From positions 4,526,001 to 4,590,000 of the forward strand of contig NC_043024.1 in assembly GCF_006345805.1 (NCBI RefSeq): a stretch of DNA of 64,000 bases, read 5' to 3'. The DNA is from Octopus sinensis. Taxonomy: Eukaryota. The notes beneath the pieces are model-generated. The model ran no database searches, was not told the origin of the DNA, and saw only the letters and a list, made by a program, of their open reading frames with translations. Position numbers and translations under genes: made by a program. Positions 1-12,715 of the stretch are shown one piece after another. The stretch's first letter is position 1, and every line of letters starts with the position of its first letter.

Positions 1-163
1 TCTCGAACCCATTTAGAAGAGGCGAGAACGCTTGGGCCTCGTTCATCTTGGACTCGGTTGCAATAGCTATGTCTACTCCATGTGTCGTGAGGTCGTTCAG
101 GAAACAAATTTGTTTCCATTTCGTCCCCATTCCACGTACATTCACACAACCCAGCTTAGCCAT
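1..163 (-). CDS. Partial Tx1 ORF2, N-terminus of the APE endonuclease
   Basis: Reads ATGGCTAAGCTGGGTTGTGTGAATGTACGTGG, matching the ORF2 start at 31456 (MAKLGCVNVRG). Confidence 0.85.
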   Translation of the reverse strand, partial: MAKLGCVNVRGMGTKWKQICFLNDLTTHGVDIAIATESKMNEAQAFSPLLNGFE

Positions 164-190
164 TGTCGGTGAGAGAAAAAATAAATGAAC

Positions 191-1617
191 TTACGGTCGA
201 GAAAGGGAGCATGACAGTTTAAATCTGCCCGCTTCCCCTTCTTCCTCCCTTGTGGTCGTAGCTGCAGGGCTCTTAACCGGCGTTGCCACCGGGCTCTTGG
301 TAGGTGTGGTTGCCGGGGTTATAACAAGTTTACCCTCCAGTACTTCTTTTGTTACATCTCTAATCAGTCTATTCTTTAGATGTTCTTGTAGTATTTCCTC
401 CTTCCACTCGTCTTCCTTTATTTTTGCGAAGCGAGTGGTTGCTTTTATGTCTGTAGCCTTGCTAAATAGTTTAAATTTGGAAAATTTATAGTATTTATAT
501 ACCCTTTCGTATTTTTCATCAAAAGCAATGATCTTATCATTTTTTTTTAAAGACTTTTTTACATCTTGTTTTATGGGGAGGGGCTTGGCGAACTGTTTCC
601 CAATGAATACAGTGCCATGGGGGTAGGGCTGGGGAATTTGCTTTGTGTGTATGTCTGCGGTGCTTGCTGATTTTTTCCTTGTTTGGGGAGGGGAGTCCAG
701 GGTGTTGTCTTTTTTTCTTTTGTGTGTCACCTGTGTGTAATCCATTTGTTCGATACAATCCTCCGTTTCTGTTTCTTTGCTTGTCGTCGTCTTGTTATCT
801 TTTTCCGCCTTCTCCTCTTCAGTGTTTGAAGCACTTTGAGGAGGGGCTTCGTTGGTTTTCTTTTTTTTTAAGCAGTTCGAGCGGACGTGACCCTTCTCGC
901 CACATTTAGAACACTTAGGTCTGCGCCCCTCCACTGACACTCTCATGGACGTTCCATCTTCGTTAAATATCCTATCGGGCAGGTTCTCCAATATCTTGTT
1001 TTCTGCCTGAACGAGGAGTTCCAGCGTCTGTCCCTTCCAGCGTACCTCCTCATCTGCAGAATCGAAATTTCCCGCTCTACATTGTGCAGGACCGCTGCTG
1101 CTACCCACATTATATCATACCCTCTCGGTATGTCCTCTACCAGCAGTTTAGCTGTTCTTTTTCCCATATACGAGGGTAGCAGCATGATATCATCATTTTT
1201 CAGGGTCAATGATGACACCTCTCTTGCTACCTCAGCCGAGTCAAAATGTGCTTCAACAGTAGCGCTGCGAGCACCTCGAACGACATGGCGAATTTTGTCC
1301 TACACCGGGGACAAGCACTTTTCGACCATTTCGTCTCTGACGTCCATAATTTTCTTTTCTTTGTAGCTATACACTTTGTATATAACTGTTTTTTCCTTTA
1401 TTTCTTGTACCTTCGCTTGCGGCGGTACAAGTTTGATTTCGTTTCCTTCCATTTTCACCAAGTTCCTAAATTCGAACAGTTGTTCGATCTTGAATTCAAC
1501 GTCCATCATGGTTCCGCCTACCGCGGCCGAAAAAGACTGTTTTGTTACTTCAGTGTCCTTTAATTCACCTTTTCCCATTGCGGGAAAATCATTCTTCGAC
1601 GCCAAGTCGAAATCCAT
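191..1617 (-). pseudogene. Disrupted Tx1 ORF1 (gag-like, zinc knuckle)
   Basis: Pieces 1300-1617, 943-1218 and 191-1108 are colinear with ORF1 of copy C. Relative to copy C there is a TGG>TAG at ~1300 and a ~10-bp deletion near 1050. Confidence 0.88.
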
Positions 1618-1804
1618 TTCTCAAAAATGTTTCAAAAATTACCTCGAAGGTAATAACAATTTTAAACACAGAATTTCCTGCCCCGTAGGCCAAAATTACC
1701 GTTACACAACGGGCACTGTTCAATTAACAATTGACACAAACAACGATGAGCAAAAAATCGAACTCTCTCAACAAAAGGCAGCAAATTTCTCAAAACGCAG
1801 ATGA

Positions 1805-1885
1805 AAGGGGTACAACCAAATTAGGAAGAGTTTTGACAAGGGGAACTAACTCTAGTCTTTAAATAATTTCGGCTCTACTTTATAT
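1805..1885 (-). promoter_or_regulatory. ZNF-unit core promoter and first ~45 nt of exon 1, interrupted by Tx1 copy A
   Basis: Minus strand reads TATAAAGTAGAGCCGAAATTATTTAAAGACTAGAGTTAGTTCCCCTTGTCAAAACTCTTCC, homologous to 11111-11152, 13017-13050 and 46900-46962. Confidence 0.6.
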
Positions 1886-2394
1886 TTTATTTATTTTTAT
1901 TTTATTTAGTTTCAGCTCACAAGCTGTGGCCATGCTGGGGCACCGCCATTTATATATAATTCATATTTTTTTAAAGCGTTTCTTTGAAAATTCTTCCTCA
2001 TAAATCACAATTATTGTCGGTACCACTTACACAAAGATGGCACCGACATTTTATGCACAATTTTATACACGCAGCTCTCATAAGATAAATATTCACTCTT
2101 ATTTTTCCATTTTGACCATAAACAGATGAATTACATTTTGAAATTGAAATGCTCAAATTTTTCTTCTAGAAAACAAAAATTGTATAGTAAAATATAGGAG
2201 TCACAATTTCATGTGAGTAAAAAATTAAAGGAACATGGCATACACTGAAAACCGTATCATTGGTAACTTATAAGCCAAGGTGATGGGTCAGAGCCAATAC
2301 ACATTTCAATTTGTAGGTGATACAAAAATTTATTTCAATGAAAAGACAAAGCCGTTTTCACTATGCACTCACCACCATATCTGTCTGTGTGTAT

Positions 2395-3060
2395 TATTTT
2401 TGTGGGAGGTTTGGATATTTTTTGCAGAGTAATTACAAATCACATGAGGTCAATAGAGAAGAGTTTGATATTATTTATTCAGCATTACATGTGTTTCATT
2501 TCCTAATAGGAATCACAAACATTTACACGTAGAGAAAACATGTAACAGATTTCCTATAAGAAATTCTTCAGACATACACATGTATCTGTGCGCGTTCCTT
2601 TGCTTAGATATTATGTGATGTTCGTAAAGGGCCATCATGACCGTCATACTTGTGCAGTTGTTCACTTCTAGCCTTCTGCATAAAATATGTCTCACCAGAG
2701 AAAATATTTCCTTGCTTGGAAACATGTGAAGATTGGTCACAGGAAAGGTACCCAGATGTAGAAAATCTCCATCAATGAATTCCATCCGATCCACAGAAGC
2801 AAGAATAGGAGAATTTTAAATGATGAGGATCATCATCATCGTGGTTCCTCTTCTGTATCAATGCATTTACATTTCAATAATTGATCACTTTCATAGATTG
2901 ATTTAGCACGAATAGCTTAGGTTACAGTTATATCTTTCATATTAATAGGACTGTGTACAAACAATTCACCATTTTGAAAGAATGATTCAGGTTTAACATC
3001 ACAGTGATATGTTTTCCTTCCTCTGTCAATGTTCTTTTGATTCAATAATGGATAATTTCA
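2395..3060 (-). other. Orphan ZNF 3' UTR (coding exon deleted)
   Basis: Matches the 3' UTRs of ZNF-1, ZNF-2 and ZNF-7 (e.g. reverse complement of 17260-17840). It is joined at 3060/3061 directly to intron sequence. Confidence 0.75.
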
Positions 3061-3610
3061 AATTCTCGTACGCAAAAATTTCTGAAAATTCCCCAAAATA
3101 AAAATATGTGACGAGGGATTATATTAGGTGCTTAAAGCAGCACTCCACACACACAAAAATTAAATAAATTAGAAAAATATATTAATTCTAACTTTTAATG
3201 ATGTAGAAGAACCACCAGAAATAAAGACTTCCCATTTCTCAAATAGAAGCCGTTCCATTTCCTCTCATTACGATATTTGCTTTTCGTTTCAGTATTTCAA
3301 GTGCACACTCGTATTTTTATACATTCCCCATTTCTTATAAAGACAAGAGACTTGTTCAGAGTTAATTCTTCCTAATTTTCTTGCTCCGTATGCATGTGTA
3401 TTGCTTGCTCAGTTCAACTTTACAACTGATATTGAAGAGAAAATCTAATTAAATAGACACGTGATTGGTAATTAAGTGTCTAAAGAAATAGATGCAGCAT
3501 TTTTTTTATTATGTTGACCTGTTAAATATTAATATTCGTCGTAAAAATTCTCTTGAAGCTGTCACTGTCCACTCTAACTTTTCACTCATTCAACATATTC
3601 TCATATTTTC
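3061..3610. repeat. Head-to-head junction segment (minus-strand intron piece plus a plus-strand exon-1 copy), inverted duplicate of ~59340-59888
   Basis: Both copies share the unusual junction ...CCCCATTTCTTATAAAGACAAGA(G/C)ACTTGTTCAGAG. Confidence 0.85.
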
Positions 3611-6600
3611 TACTAGAGAGCTTTAATCTAGTGGACCGTTACCGACTGGATGAGCCGAGCGTTCCACAGTGGACGTGGAGTAACAACGACGGCTCACACA
3701 GATCGTATCTAGATAGGATATTTATTAAGAAAAGAGATAAGGATACGTTTAGTTGTCCACAATTTCATATTGTACCTTACTCGGATCACAAATTTGTGAC
3801 GTGTGGGATGCAATTAGACAAGTGTCATAGACAGGGACCCGGGTACTGGAAGCTGAACAAGGCTATTTTGAATTGTGAAGACTTCCATACCCGGATTAAG
3901 GTGTTAGTTCAGAGGGCATTGTGTGGCACCATCATTAACAATAGATGGTGGCACGCCCTCAAAAGAGCCATTCGTTCAGAGTCCGTTAGATTTAGCAATC
4001 AGCTAAGGATAGATAGGGCTAGTCTAGAGGGCGATTCAGTTAAGAATCTAGACGAGGCAATGGAAGCTGGCTCTGCATCCGGAGTGTTGGCGGCAAGGAC
4101 GGTATTGTACCGCCACCTTAACTCCAAACACGAAGGTTGCAGAGTCAGAGCTAAGCTACGCGCTGGGAAACGAGAAGGTATTAACGTGGCCGGATGGGCC
4201 CGTCGTGTGGAGAGTCAGAGAGGCAACAGAGCCTCAATCAAATCTTTAACTGACGAACAGGGACAAAAGATCTATGGACAGGAGGAGATGCAAAAGTTTC
4301 TTCACCAGCATTTCGCCCGCGTGTTCGGGGGTGGTGGTTCGCTGGATCGGGGGAGAGCCTTAAAGGACTTCCTAGCCGGCGGACCGCGGCTCGCGGGGCG
4401 TGAGGTGGAGTGCTGTGAAGGAGCGATCACTCCCGCGGAGATAAAGGAGATACTGGCCGGATGCGCCGGGGAGAAGTCGCCGGGGTTGGATGGTCTGCCC
4501 TACGAGTTTTACCAAAGTATGCCGGACTTGTTCGGGGGAATACTGGCGGGCGTCTACACGAACTGGCAGCAGAATGGGAGAATTCCCAGTTCTGTAAGCC
4601 GGGGAGTGGTGACGCTAATCCAGAAAGACCCGAGCAAGGGGGATAACATTAGTAACTACAGGCCCATAACTCTACTTAATGTAGAGTTAAAGATTTTGGC
4701 CAAGGTGTTGGCAAAAAGGTTGACGGTTGTCGTGGAGAAACTTGTAGGGAGAGCACAGACATGTGCAATTCCAGGCAGGTCGATCCAGGACAACCTTCAC
4801 CTTATACGCTACACCTTAGATAGGGTGGGTAAAATAGCCGGCAAAGGCGGGGTAATGGTCCATTTAGACCAAAGTAAAGCCTTCGATAGGGTAGACCATG
4901 GGTACCTGGCGACGGTCCTCGCGGGTGGATCTCCACTATGTATAGCGGCATCAAGTCCACCGTCCAGATAAACGGTTACCTAACGGAACCGTTTTCGATC
5001 GAGTGTTCAGTGCGTCAGGGGTGCCCCTTGTCACCACTTTTGTACGTATTGGCTCTTGAGCCATTGCTGCGAAAGTTGGAGAGGCTGGGGAGTAACTCGG
5101 ATGAAATCGGAGGTGGGAGGACGGTTACTGCTTATGCGGATGACGTCACCCTCATCGTGTCCAAAGAGGCCCAACTACCTTGTGTAGAGGAGGCTATCAG
5201 AGGATACGAGGCGGTGGCAGGAGCAAAGGTTAACAAGGACAAATCGATTGGCTTGCGCCTCGGCACCTGGAGGAGCAAGTCGATATCGTCCAGTGTCGTG
5301 GGACACTGGACGGATGGCCCTGTTAAGTTGCTGGGAGTTTGGTTTGGGCCAGACTCCCAAACGGAGAAGAACTGGAGTGAGGTGACAAGCAAGGTGGAAG
5401 CCGTAGTACGGACCTGGTCCGGAAGGTTTCTGTCCTTGAAAGGAAAGGCGGAGGTGGTGCAGATGTTCATTGCATCTGTAATCACCTACCGCCTGACCGT
5501 TGTCCCTTGCCCCGATTCATGGCTTAACAAGTTGGAGCGAATCCTTTTCCGCTTTTTGTGGAAAGGAGGAAAGCCACTTGTGAGGCGCTCCGTTTGCTGC
5601 TGGGTGGGTTAGGAATGCCTTGGTTGACGATGCGCAGACATGCGTTGAGGCTAAGGCATCTCTGGCACCACCTGGAAGGTGATAAGGTGTGGAGTCCGCT
5701 GGCAGGGGGATTTTTCCCGAGACCGGCCTCCTTAGTGAATTTTAAACCCGGTTACATCAAAAGATGGAAACTGACTCCATGGCAAAAGGAGTGCCGACAG
5801 GCACTCACGCTGATCCACAAGGCGGGCAAGGCCGGCTGCGGAAATACCACCTCGGTATTTTATAGAGGGCTGGTAGAGGCAAAAAACGACGACGTCCTAG
5901 GAGGGGCTCTGGGGTTTGACGAAGACCAGCTTACCAACCTGTTTAAAAAAACTTTCAGGTCGGGGTATTTGGATAATTTCCAAAGATCCCTGGCCTGGCA
6001 GTGCTATAGGAATGCTTTACCTGTTCGCGAGAAGTTATCGCGGCACGGAGTTTCAGTGCCACCGACGTGTCCAAGGTGCGAGTTGGACGATGAAACCGTC
6101 CAGCACGCTTTTGTTCACTGTCGGAAGTTGTCCGACTTGATAAGTTACGCAGAACACGTGTTATCGCATCTGGGAGGAGTACAGCTGTCGGCTGAGTCTA
6201 TGATTAAGATGATACCGCCAACTGGACTCTCGAAGGAAGGTGAGGCATGTTTTCACTGCACGGTTGCAGTAGTAAAAGAATGCATGTGGAGAACAAGGAT
6301 GGAAGGAGCCGCGATAGGATCCTTTGTCTCCGGCCCCGGCTTGCTCACTTACTTCAGATATCATCTGAAGAGCAAAATGGGGCTGGAAAAGAGGATCTTA
6401 GCACGGGGTGTGTATGAGAAAAGATGGAAGGAAGTGGAAAAAAAGGTGGGTGTCAGAAACCCAGCTTGACCATGGAGGAGAGAGAGGAAATAAAAGCTGC
6501 AGGGCCTCATAAATTGCCGGGGTGTAAAAACTCCAGTGAGATTATAAGTTCATGTACTGTTGTTTGTTCTACTGGTCATGTAAAGGACATTTATGTTATA

Positions 6601-6717
6601 ATGAATAACCCAAATGTAAATGAAAATTTTTAAACGAATCTCTTAAATGTTCTTTGTATGTATGTCCTGTATTTGTCCTTCTGTGTAATCGATTTTTATA
6701 ATCATAATAAAGAAATA
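3609..6717 (+). mobile_element. L1/Tx1-type retrotransposon, family 1, copy B (5'-truncated, disrupted ORF2)
   Basis: Contains endonuclease C-terminus (SYLDRIF, YSDH), RT motifs (KSPGLDGLP, QGCPLSP, YADD) and a C-terminal CPRC...HAFVHC finger. It has deletions at ~4922 and ~5600 and ends in AATAAAGAAATA at 6706-6717. Confidence 0.95.
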
Positions 6718-8896
6718 ACTTAGTTCCCCTTGTTCAGAGTTAATTCTTCCTAATTTTGTTGCTCCGTATGCATGTGTATTTCTTGCTCAGTTCCACTTTA
6801 CAACCGATATTGACGAGAAAATCTAATTAAATTGACACGTAATTGTTAATTAAGTGTCTAAAGAAACAGATGCAGCATTTTTTTTATTATGTTGACCCTT
6901 TAAATATTAATATTCGTCGTAAAAATTCTCTTGAAGCTGTCACTGTCCACTCTAACTTTTCACTCATTCAACATATTCTCATATTTTCATCGTTGACTCT
7001 CTCTGAATATATATTACTATGTAAGTATATTTCTATTGTATATGTATCATATTACGTACGTCTGTTTGTTTCGATGTGTTGAGTAAGTTACAAGAAAGAA
7101 TTTCACTAAACAAAGACGAAATAGCGGAGGTAAAGGGCATGGACCGCACCTACCTTTCCCTAATTTTTTTGCGATGGAAACCCACTTTTTCAACTTCGGT
7201 GAGGCTGTTCTTTCAATACTTTCGTTGTGTTCTCCTTTACATTCAGATATTTCATTGCATCTTTCCTTATTTCCTATATTATTTGTTAACGTCCGATGGA
7301 TACCTTGTGTAGATAACTTTTCTCTTTCTTCCTCACATGTAAATTCCGCGGGAAAATTACGATGTAATTTTCTGAGACATGTGGAATGTATAAAAATACG
7401 AGTGTGCACTTGAAATACTGAAACGAAAAGTAAATATTGTATACAGAAGAAATGGAACGGATTTTATTTAAAACCTAGGAAGTCTTTATTTCCGGAGGTT
7501 CTTCTCCATCATTACAACTTACAATTTATATCTATTTTTCAAAGGAATCTTTCTTTAAGCACCCAACGTAACCGATTATCACATTTTTATTTTGGGGGAA
7601 TTTTCAGAAAATTTCTGCGTATTTCTGCTGTACATGCAAGGATTGAAACGTTTATGAAACCAACTAAGAAGGGAAAAAACCGATTGAAGAGCAATTTAGC
7701 TGTTATTTATCGCGCACCCCACGACCACCTGATACCTTCCGAGTTTCTTTCTCACTCTTACGTGCTAATGTTTTTCGATATCTTTTTTCACATATACACA
7801 TTCAATGGTCCGTTGTTGGGATTTAAGGCATTATATATGAATTGCACTCTGTATTTTTATGCTATTTTCAATTAATTACCTAAGTTGTCCTTTTCTCTCT
7901 TCGTAATACATATATATTTAAATTCAAATTACGATGAACGTAAACAAACAAACTAAGTTTGCTTTAGAAGCTTTGAGATGTCTTAGGAAGTTAAAGAAGT
8001 GATTTTAAATTCTCAAAGGCAGGATATTGCTAATAATATAGCCTGAACAGGATAAGCTACCCCTATTTTGCAGAAAAGTGTTGGCGACCGGCTATGAGAT
8101 TCGAACTCACACCTCCGTGATTACGCGTCGCAGTATTTTTCACTCACCACAATAAACAATATTTCGTTACGAAGTAAGAAGGAAGGGAAACATTAATTGT
8201 AACGTGTAAGAGTTTAAAAGTAAAGAAGAAAACGAGAATAATTTAATGTTAAAACTACATCATTTGCCCCCATTGAGAAGGATTGTCACCAATTTCCTTC
8301 TCCACCTCAACCAATAATTTTTCCTACGTGATAAATTCCCCACAAAAGATTTTGATGCTGTTAGTCATCCACGACCGCTTTGTTCAAAGCCTCCCTGGAC
8401 CTCAAGTGGCCTGAACTCTTTACATGAACACCACCCTGTACTTAACTCCATGTCCCCCTACATGGCCTTGCTATTTGCTTTTGAGCCAAATTAACTAACT
8501 AACTAACTAACATTTACTGACTGTTATTCATGTTTCATGTAACACAGAATATTGACATTAAGCTTCCTGTATGTCTGTATTTATAAATGTACGGCAAGAG
8601 GCAGAGGAGGTGTGATATCTCTTTTACGACACATGACTGAGATGAAAACATCAGATATCTAGTGTCATTGACATGTATATTGGTGTGTGTCTAGGACAGA
8701 CGCAATGTCCAGGAGGTGTTATTACGATAGATGTCTGTGATATAAACCTCTTGAAAACAGAGAGATGGTATAAATATAATAGTTCAGATAAAGAATTACT
8801 TCTAAAATCTTTGAAAACAGAAATGTCGTAAATTTGCACTTTTGAATATCTGCCTTTTAAACATACTTGATGTCTTATATTATTTTTTCTATTCTT
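6718..8896 (+). pseudogene. Empty ZNF unit: initiator, 5' exons and intron, with the coding exon deleted
   Basis: Colinear with the ZNF-3 unit at 22285-24214 but stops 4 nt before the end of the CAG acceptor. Confidence 0.85.
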
Positions 8897-9741
8897 ATTT
8901 TTTCTAGTCCTTTATCTATACAATAAAGGACTCAAAATAGCTGTTATGTGGTAGCAGGGCATGCAAGAAATAGCGGCCGAATCCTTCTTTTTCTGAGGAA
9001 AGGAGCCGTTTACGTATAATTTCAATGTCACATACATTGAAAGCATGGAAAATAACCCAGAAAAAAAACAAAAGAAGACTCTGTTGGTGGGGAAACTCCA
9101 AGGTCCCTCACCACCCCTCCCCCTTTCTTTTTCGGAAGAATGTGGCGGGTGGTGGGTTTGGACTGAGCATCTTTGAATGCACTCAAAAGAACGTGTGGAA
9201 AAAATTATTTCACACCAAATTATGGGTCCTTTATGAAAAAGAAAGGACGGGTCATTCGAAGCTTTCTGTCCCCTGTAAAGAACCAGGTCATCCTCGCAAT
9301 TTCGGCTAATTAATCTTGAGATTGCTCCAATCTGGCCAGCCCCAAGGAAAAAGTAAGCTAAGAGCATCAGATTCCTTGGAAGAAAGCATGGAATGTATAC
9401 GAAAATAAGGACGGAAAAACAGACAATGTTACACAAATATAAATACAAAATACAATAAAAATATTAATAATAATAACAGGACATAACAACATGTGTCTTT
9501 CGACTGGGGACGAATTGAATTCAGCTGGTGTGTGTGTGGAAATGAAGCGTTACGGCAGAGATTTCACAAACACACGGAAGAATATCGATGTTGCACTGAC
9601 CGTGGTCAGACGCAAAAAGAGGGTTAGCCATCTGGCCTATCGGTCACGTGGGAAGAGAAAAAGAGGAACAAAAGAATTAAGGAGGGGAAAGAGAAGAGAG
9701 AGAGTTGTAGAAGCAGGTGAACAGAAGAATTAAGGAGGGGC

Positions 9742-9773
<32 letters not shown>

Positions 9774-10147
9774 TGTTATGAAAGTCTTTTCCTTGGGAAG
9801 TAAAATAGTGGATTTCATTTGGGGCATATAGATTTGAACCTGAAAACAGCATTTTCCCACAGAAAAACAGTAGTTGACAACAGTGACACTCCACACATAC
9901 CCTCTGCCAGGACAATTTATGTTTTCCTATTTGACCCCTAATCTCTTCTATACCACCAAAAGTCAAAATTAAATGAAGAGCTACCTACATCAGTTTCCCC
10001 ATTGTTCTTGGCAATATGCCTCTCTTTCTCGCTATATTGCACTTATAAAATACTAGAATTTCGTAAAGCAAAAGCCAGTTGGTGAAATGAGATGACCAGA
10101 GACAGCCATGATACATACAACTTTCACCAGCTCATCTTTCTCTAGCA

Positions 10148-10321
10148 AAGGCACAGGAGTGGTTGTGCGGTAAGTAGCTTGCTTACCAACCACATGGTTC
10201 TGGGTTCAGTCCCACTGCGTGGAATCTTGGGCAAGCGTCTTCTTCTATAGCCCCGGGCCAACCAAAGCCTTGTGAGTGGATTTGGTAGTTGGAAACTGAA
10301 GGAAGCCTGTCGTATATATGA

Positions 10322-10358
<37 letters not shown>

Positions 10359-10900
10359 AAATGAGAAAACGGAGAAATATATCTAAATCAATCATCAACC
10401 ATCAGATAATACCCAATCAATACTTTATTAAACCATTACACAATAGCAATGATATTATACATTAATATAGTACAAATATAACAAGACATAGAAATAGAAA
10501 TACATTTACATTTACATTGTAGCTGACAGCTGTTTCGGCCGTGAAGACAGGTATGTCCCATTTAACCTATTAGCCATATAAAGCAGGTATAAATGAGACA
10601 TTAACAAGAATATCTCACGGCCTCTTCAGAGAATTTAATGCAAGTATGAAAAAAATTTACATATAAATATAAATATGTGTGCATACACACTCATATATGT
10701 ATGTATGTATGTGTGTTTGTCCCGGTAGCATTGCATGCTGGTGTGTTTACGTCCCCGGCACTTAGGGGTTCGGCAAAAGTGACCGATAGAGTAAGTACTG
10801 GGCTTACAATTAATAAGTCCCGGAGTCGATTTGCTCGACTAAAGGCGGTGCTCTAGCATGGCCGCAGTCAAATGACTGAAACAAGTAAAAGAATAAAAGA
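10148..10900 (+). mobile_element. tRNA-derived SINE split at its internal (TA)n by a ~330-bp insert
   Basis: Head with A-box- and B-box-like motifs (GGTTCAGTCCC) at 10150-10316; tail GGTGCTCTAGCATGGCCGCAGTC...GAATAAAAGAG at 10705-10900. The paralogue at 29166-29610 is uninterrupted. Confidence 0.75.
10512..10643 (-). ncRNA. Type I hammerhead ribozyme motif (Penelope/retrozyme-like)
   Basis: Minus strand: CUGAAGA (10629-10623); stem II GGCCGUGA/UCACGGCC; GAAA; C-AGCU-GUC triplet; stem I CU/AG plus UUGCAUU/AAUGUAA. Confidence 0.7.
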
Positions 10901-11289
10901 GTATATATATATAAATATAATATAGATATATAAATATATATATATGTATATATATATAATTATAATATATATATATATATATGTGAATAATTAAAAACTT
11001 CCATATTTGCAGCCAAACAGAAAAGATTCGGCAGGATTGGTAATAATGACAATAATAATAATTTATGAGACAGAATTATCAAAGAAACATCTTTCACAAA
11101 ATAGCAAATCTATAAAGTAGAGCCGCAATTCTTTAAAGACCGGAGTTAGTTCCCTAACGTTTGACGTCGGTGAAAAAGAACAAAAAGTGTTGTGGAGTTT
11201 TGAACTTCGGTTGATGCGGTTTCGCGTCGCACTGGTTCTGCGCGTTGCACTGTTTCTGTTTGGGCGGCCGTTTTCGGTCTGAGGAGATT

Positions 11290-12644
11290 ATGAGCCGCCT
11301 CTCCCTAACTGGTGAGATGGCCGGGAGGAATTTATTTGAAAGTTTGCCGGAATTGTCAACATCTGAGGAGGAGTTGGAAGAAGCAGTGGCAAAAATGGAC
11401 AGGAAGCTGGAAAGTACCTACGCAGGAATAATGAGGAAGTCGATAGAAAAAGAGGTGGACCTGGCTAAACTACCAGGCTTCCAGAATTTTATGAAGGAGG
11501 AGGAAAACGACGAAGTCGAGCTGTCACCTCCAGCAAAGCGGGGCGAGTGGTTCAATCTTGGAACCATAAAATATGGAGTGTGCGTGAATGGGGGAAGAAG
11601 GATGGAAGTAGTCAATGTGGAAGTTATTGAAGAGGCATTGAAACAGACTGGAGAGGAAATTGTTTACCTGACTGGAGGAATGGAGTGTGGAACGGTAACG
11701 GTGCAGTATAGAAGTGAGAACGTCGCCAAAAAAATAGCAGCCAAGGTGGTGAAGACCGAGAAAATATACTTACTGCCCTCGTATCTAAATAGAAGGACCA
11801 CAAGAATTAGGGTGGAGGGAATACCTCCACACCTAGCGGGTGAATACATAACGGCAGCGGTGATTAAGGGAAACGAGGAAAAGGTGGACATCCTCCACGC
11901 CACGATGAAGTGCGAAGGCGTGAGAGGTGCTACCTTGGACATGAATATGCAGACGGAGGCGGAAGCAGTGGAAGGGCTGACAGATACTGTAGGAACGGGG
12001 AACATTATTATGAGAGTGTGGGTGGAGGGCAGGGCGCCCAGGTGCTATAAGTGTGGCCTGAGGGGTCACATAAGAGCCTACTGCCCTCTCCCTCCAAAGG
12101 AAAAGGAAATCGTTACGGAACCCCAAAAGAAGGAAGACACTAAAGAAAAGGAGAACCAAACAGAAAGGGAAGCAACTGAAGGGGAGGAGATCCAGCAAGA
12201 GTGGGAAGAAGGGATAAAAAAAGGAAAAGAAAGAAAAAAGAAAACAGTACGAAACCCTAACCAACCCCAACACCACACGTACCCTCTGAATCCCATCCCT
12301 CCCCTGCAAACAGCGATTCCACCCACTCCCCGCCTACAAGAAAAACAAAAACAAATGCAGACACACAGAACGAACAAAGTCCCAGGACCTATTTTTTGTA
12401 TGTTGCGAGGAGGAGGGACACCCAGAACTCGAAAAGGATGGTACATAAAGACTTATGGCGCGAACATGAAGATGGTAGTTACGCGGTTGTGAAATATGAA
12501 TTTATGGAGACATTGGCGAGGAGGTGTGAGGAAGAGGGTATAAAATGGATGACAGTGCCGATGCAGGGTGAAATGATAGAGATGTATGAAAGGAAAACGA
12601 AGAGTGTGATAGAAAAACTAGGAATTGTAATTGGAAATGGGTGA
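11290..12644 (+). pseudogene. ORF1 of element D (CCHC knuckle CYKCGLRGHIRAYC), probably one frameshift near 12395
   Basis: The ORF at 11245-12492 has its first ATG at 11290 and shares an RVWVEGRAPRC motif with family 1 (RVSVEGRRPRC). The overlapping frame 12396-12644 plausibly supplies the true C-terminus. Confidence 0.7.
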
Positions 12645-12715
12645 TAAAGGACAGGTAAGTGATGCTGGCGGATGGGGCCGAGAGCGTCGCTTTCATATTA
12701 TCATTTTTTCATTAG

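Larger units (their letters stand above)
1..1804 (-). mobile_element. L1/Tx1-type non-LTR retrotransposon, family 1, copy A (5' UTR, ORF1 and start of ORF2; runs off the left edge)
   Basis: Reverse complement is near-identical to 29807-31620. The 5' end TCATCTGCGTTTTGAG is at 1804, ORF1 has a CX2CX4HX4C knuckle (CSKCGEKGHVRSNC), and the ORF2 ATG is at 163. Confidence 0.93.
8923..11116 (+). repeat. Segmental duplicate of ~28066-29806 (part also inverted at 40183-41040)
   Basis: Long colinear similarity including the same SINE and the same ...CACAAAAT..AAATCTATAAA end. Confidence 0.85.

Noticed and set aside
1376-1804. 142-aa antisense ORF in the Tx1 5' region as an L1 ORF0 analogue
   Set aside because: It has a non-ATG start, is mostly opposite ORF1, and is frameshifted in copy C.
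3553-4971. 472-aa ORF as a ZNF-exon/Tx1 fusion protein
   Set aside because: It starts at TTG, and the in-frame join across the 3610 junction looks accidental; the RT is broken downstream.
3350-6988. ~260-bp direct repeat flanking Tx1 copy B as a giant TSD
   Set aside because: About 10 mismatches and a different initiator state indicate two paralogous exon-1 copies; a deletion joined at a TC microhomology is simpler.
8082-8152. Functional tRNA gene
   Set aside because: It has a T-arm only; the acceptor, D and anticodon stems do not pair well.
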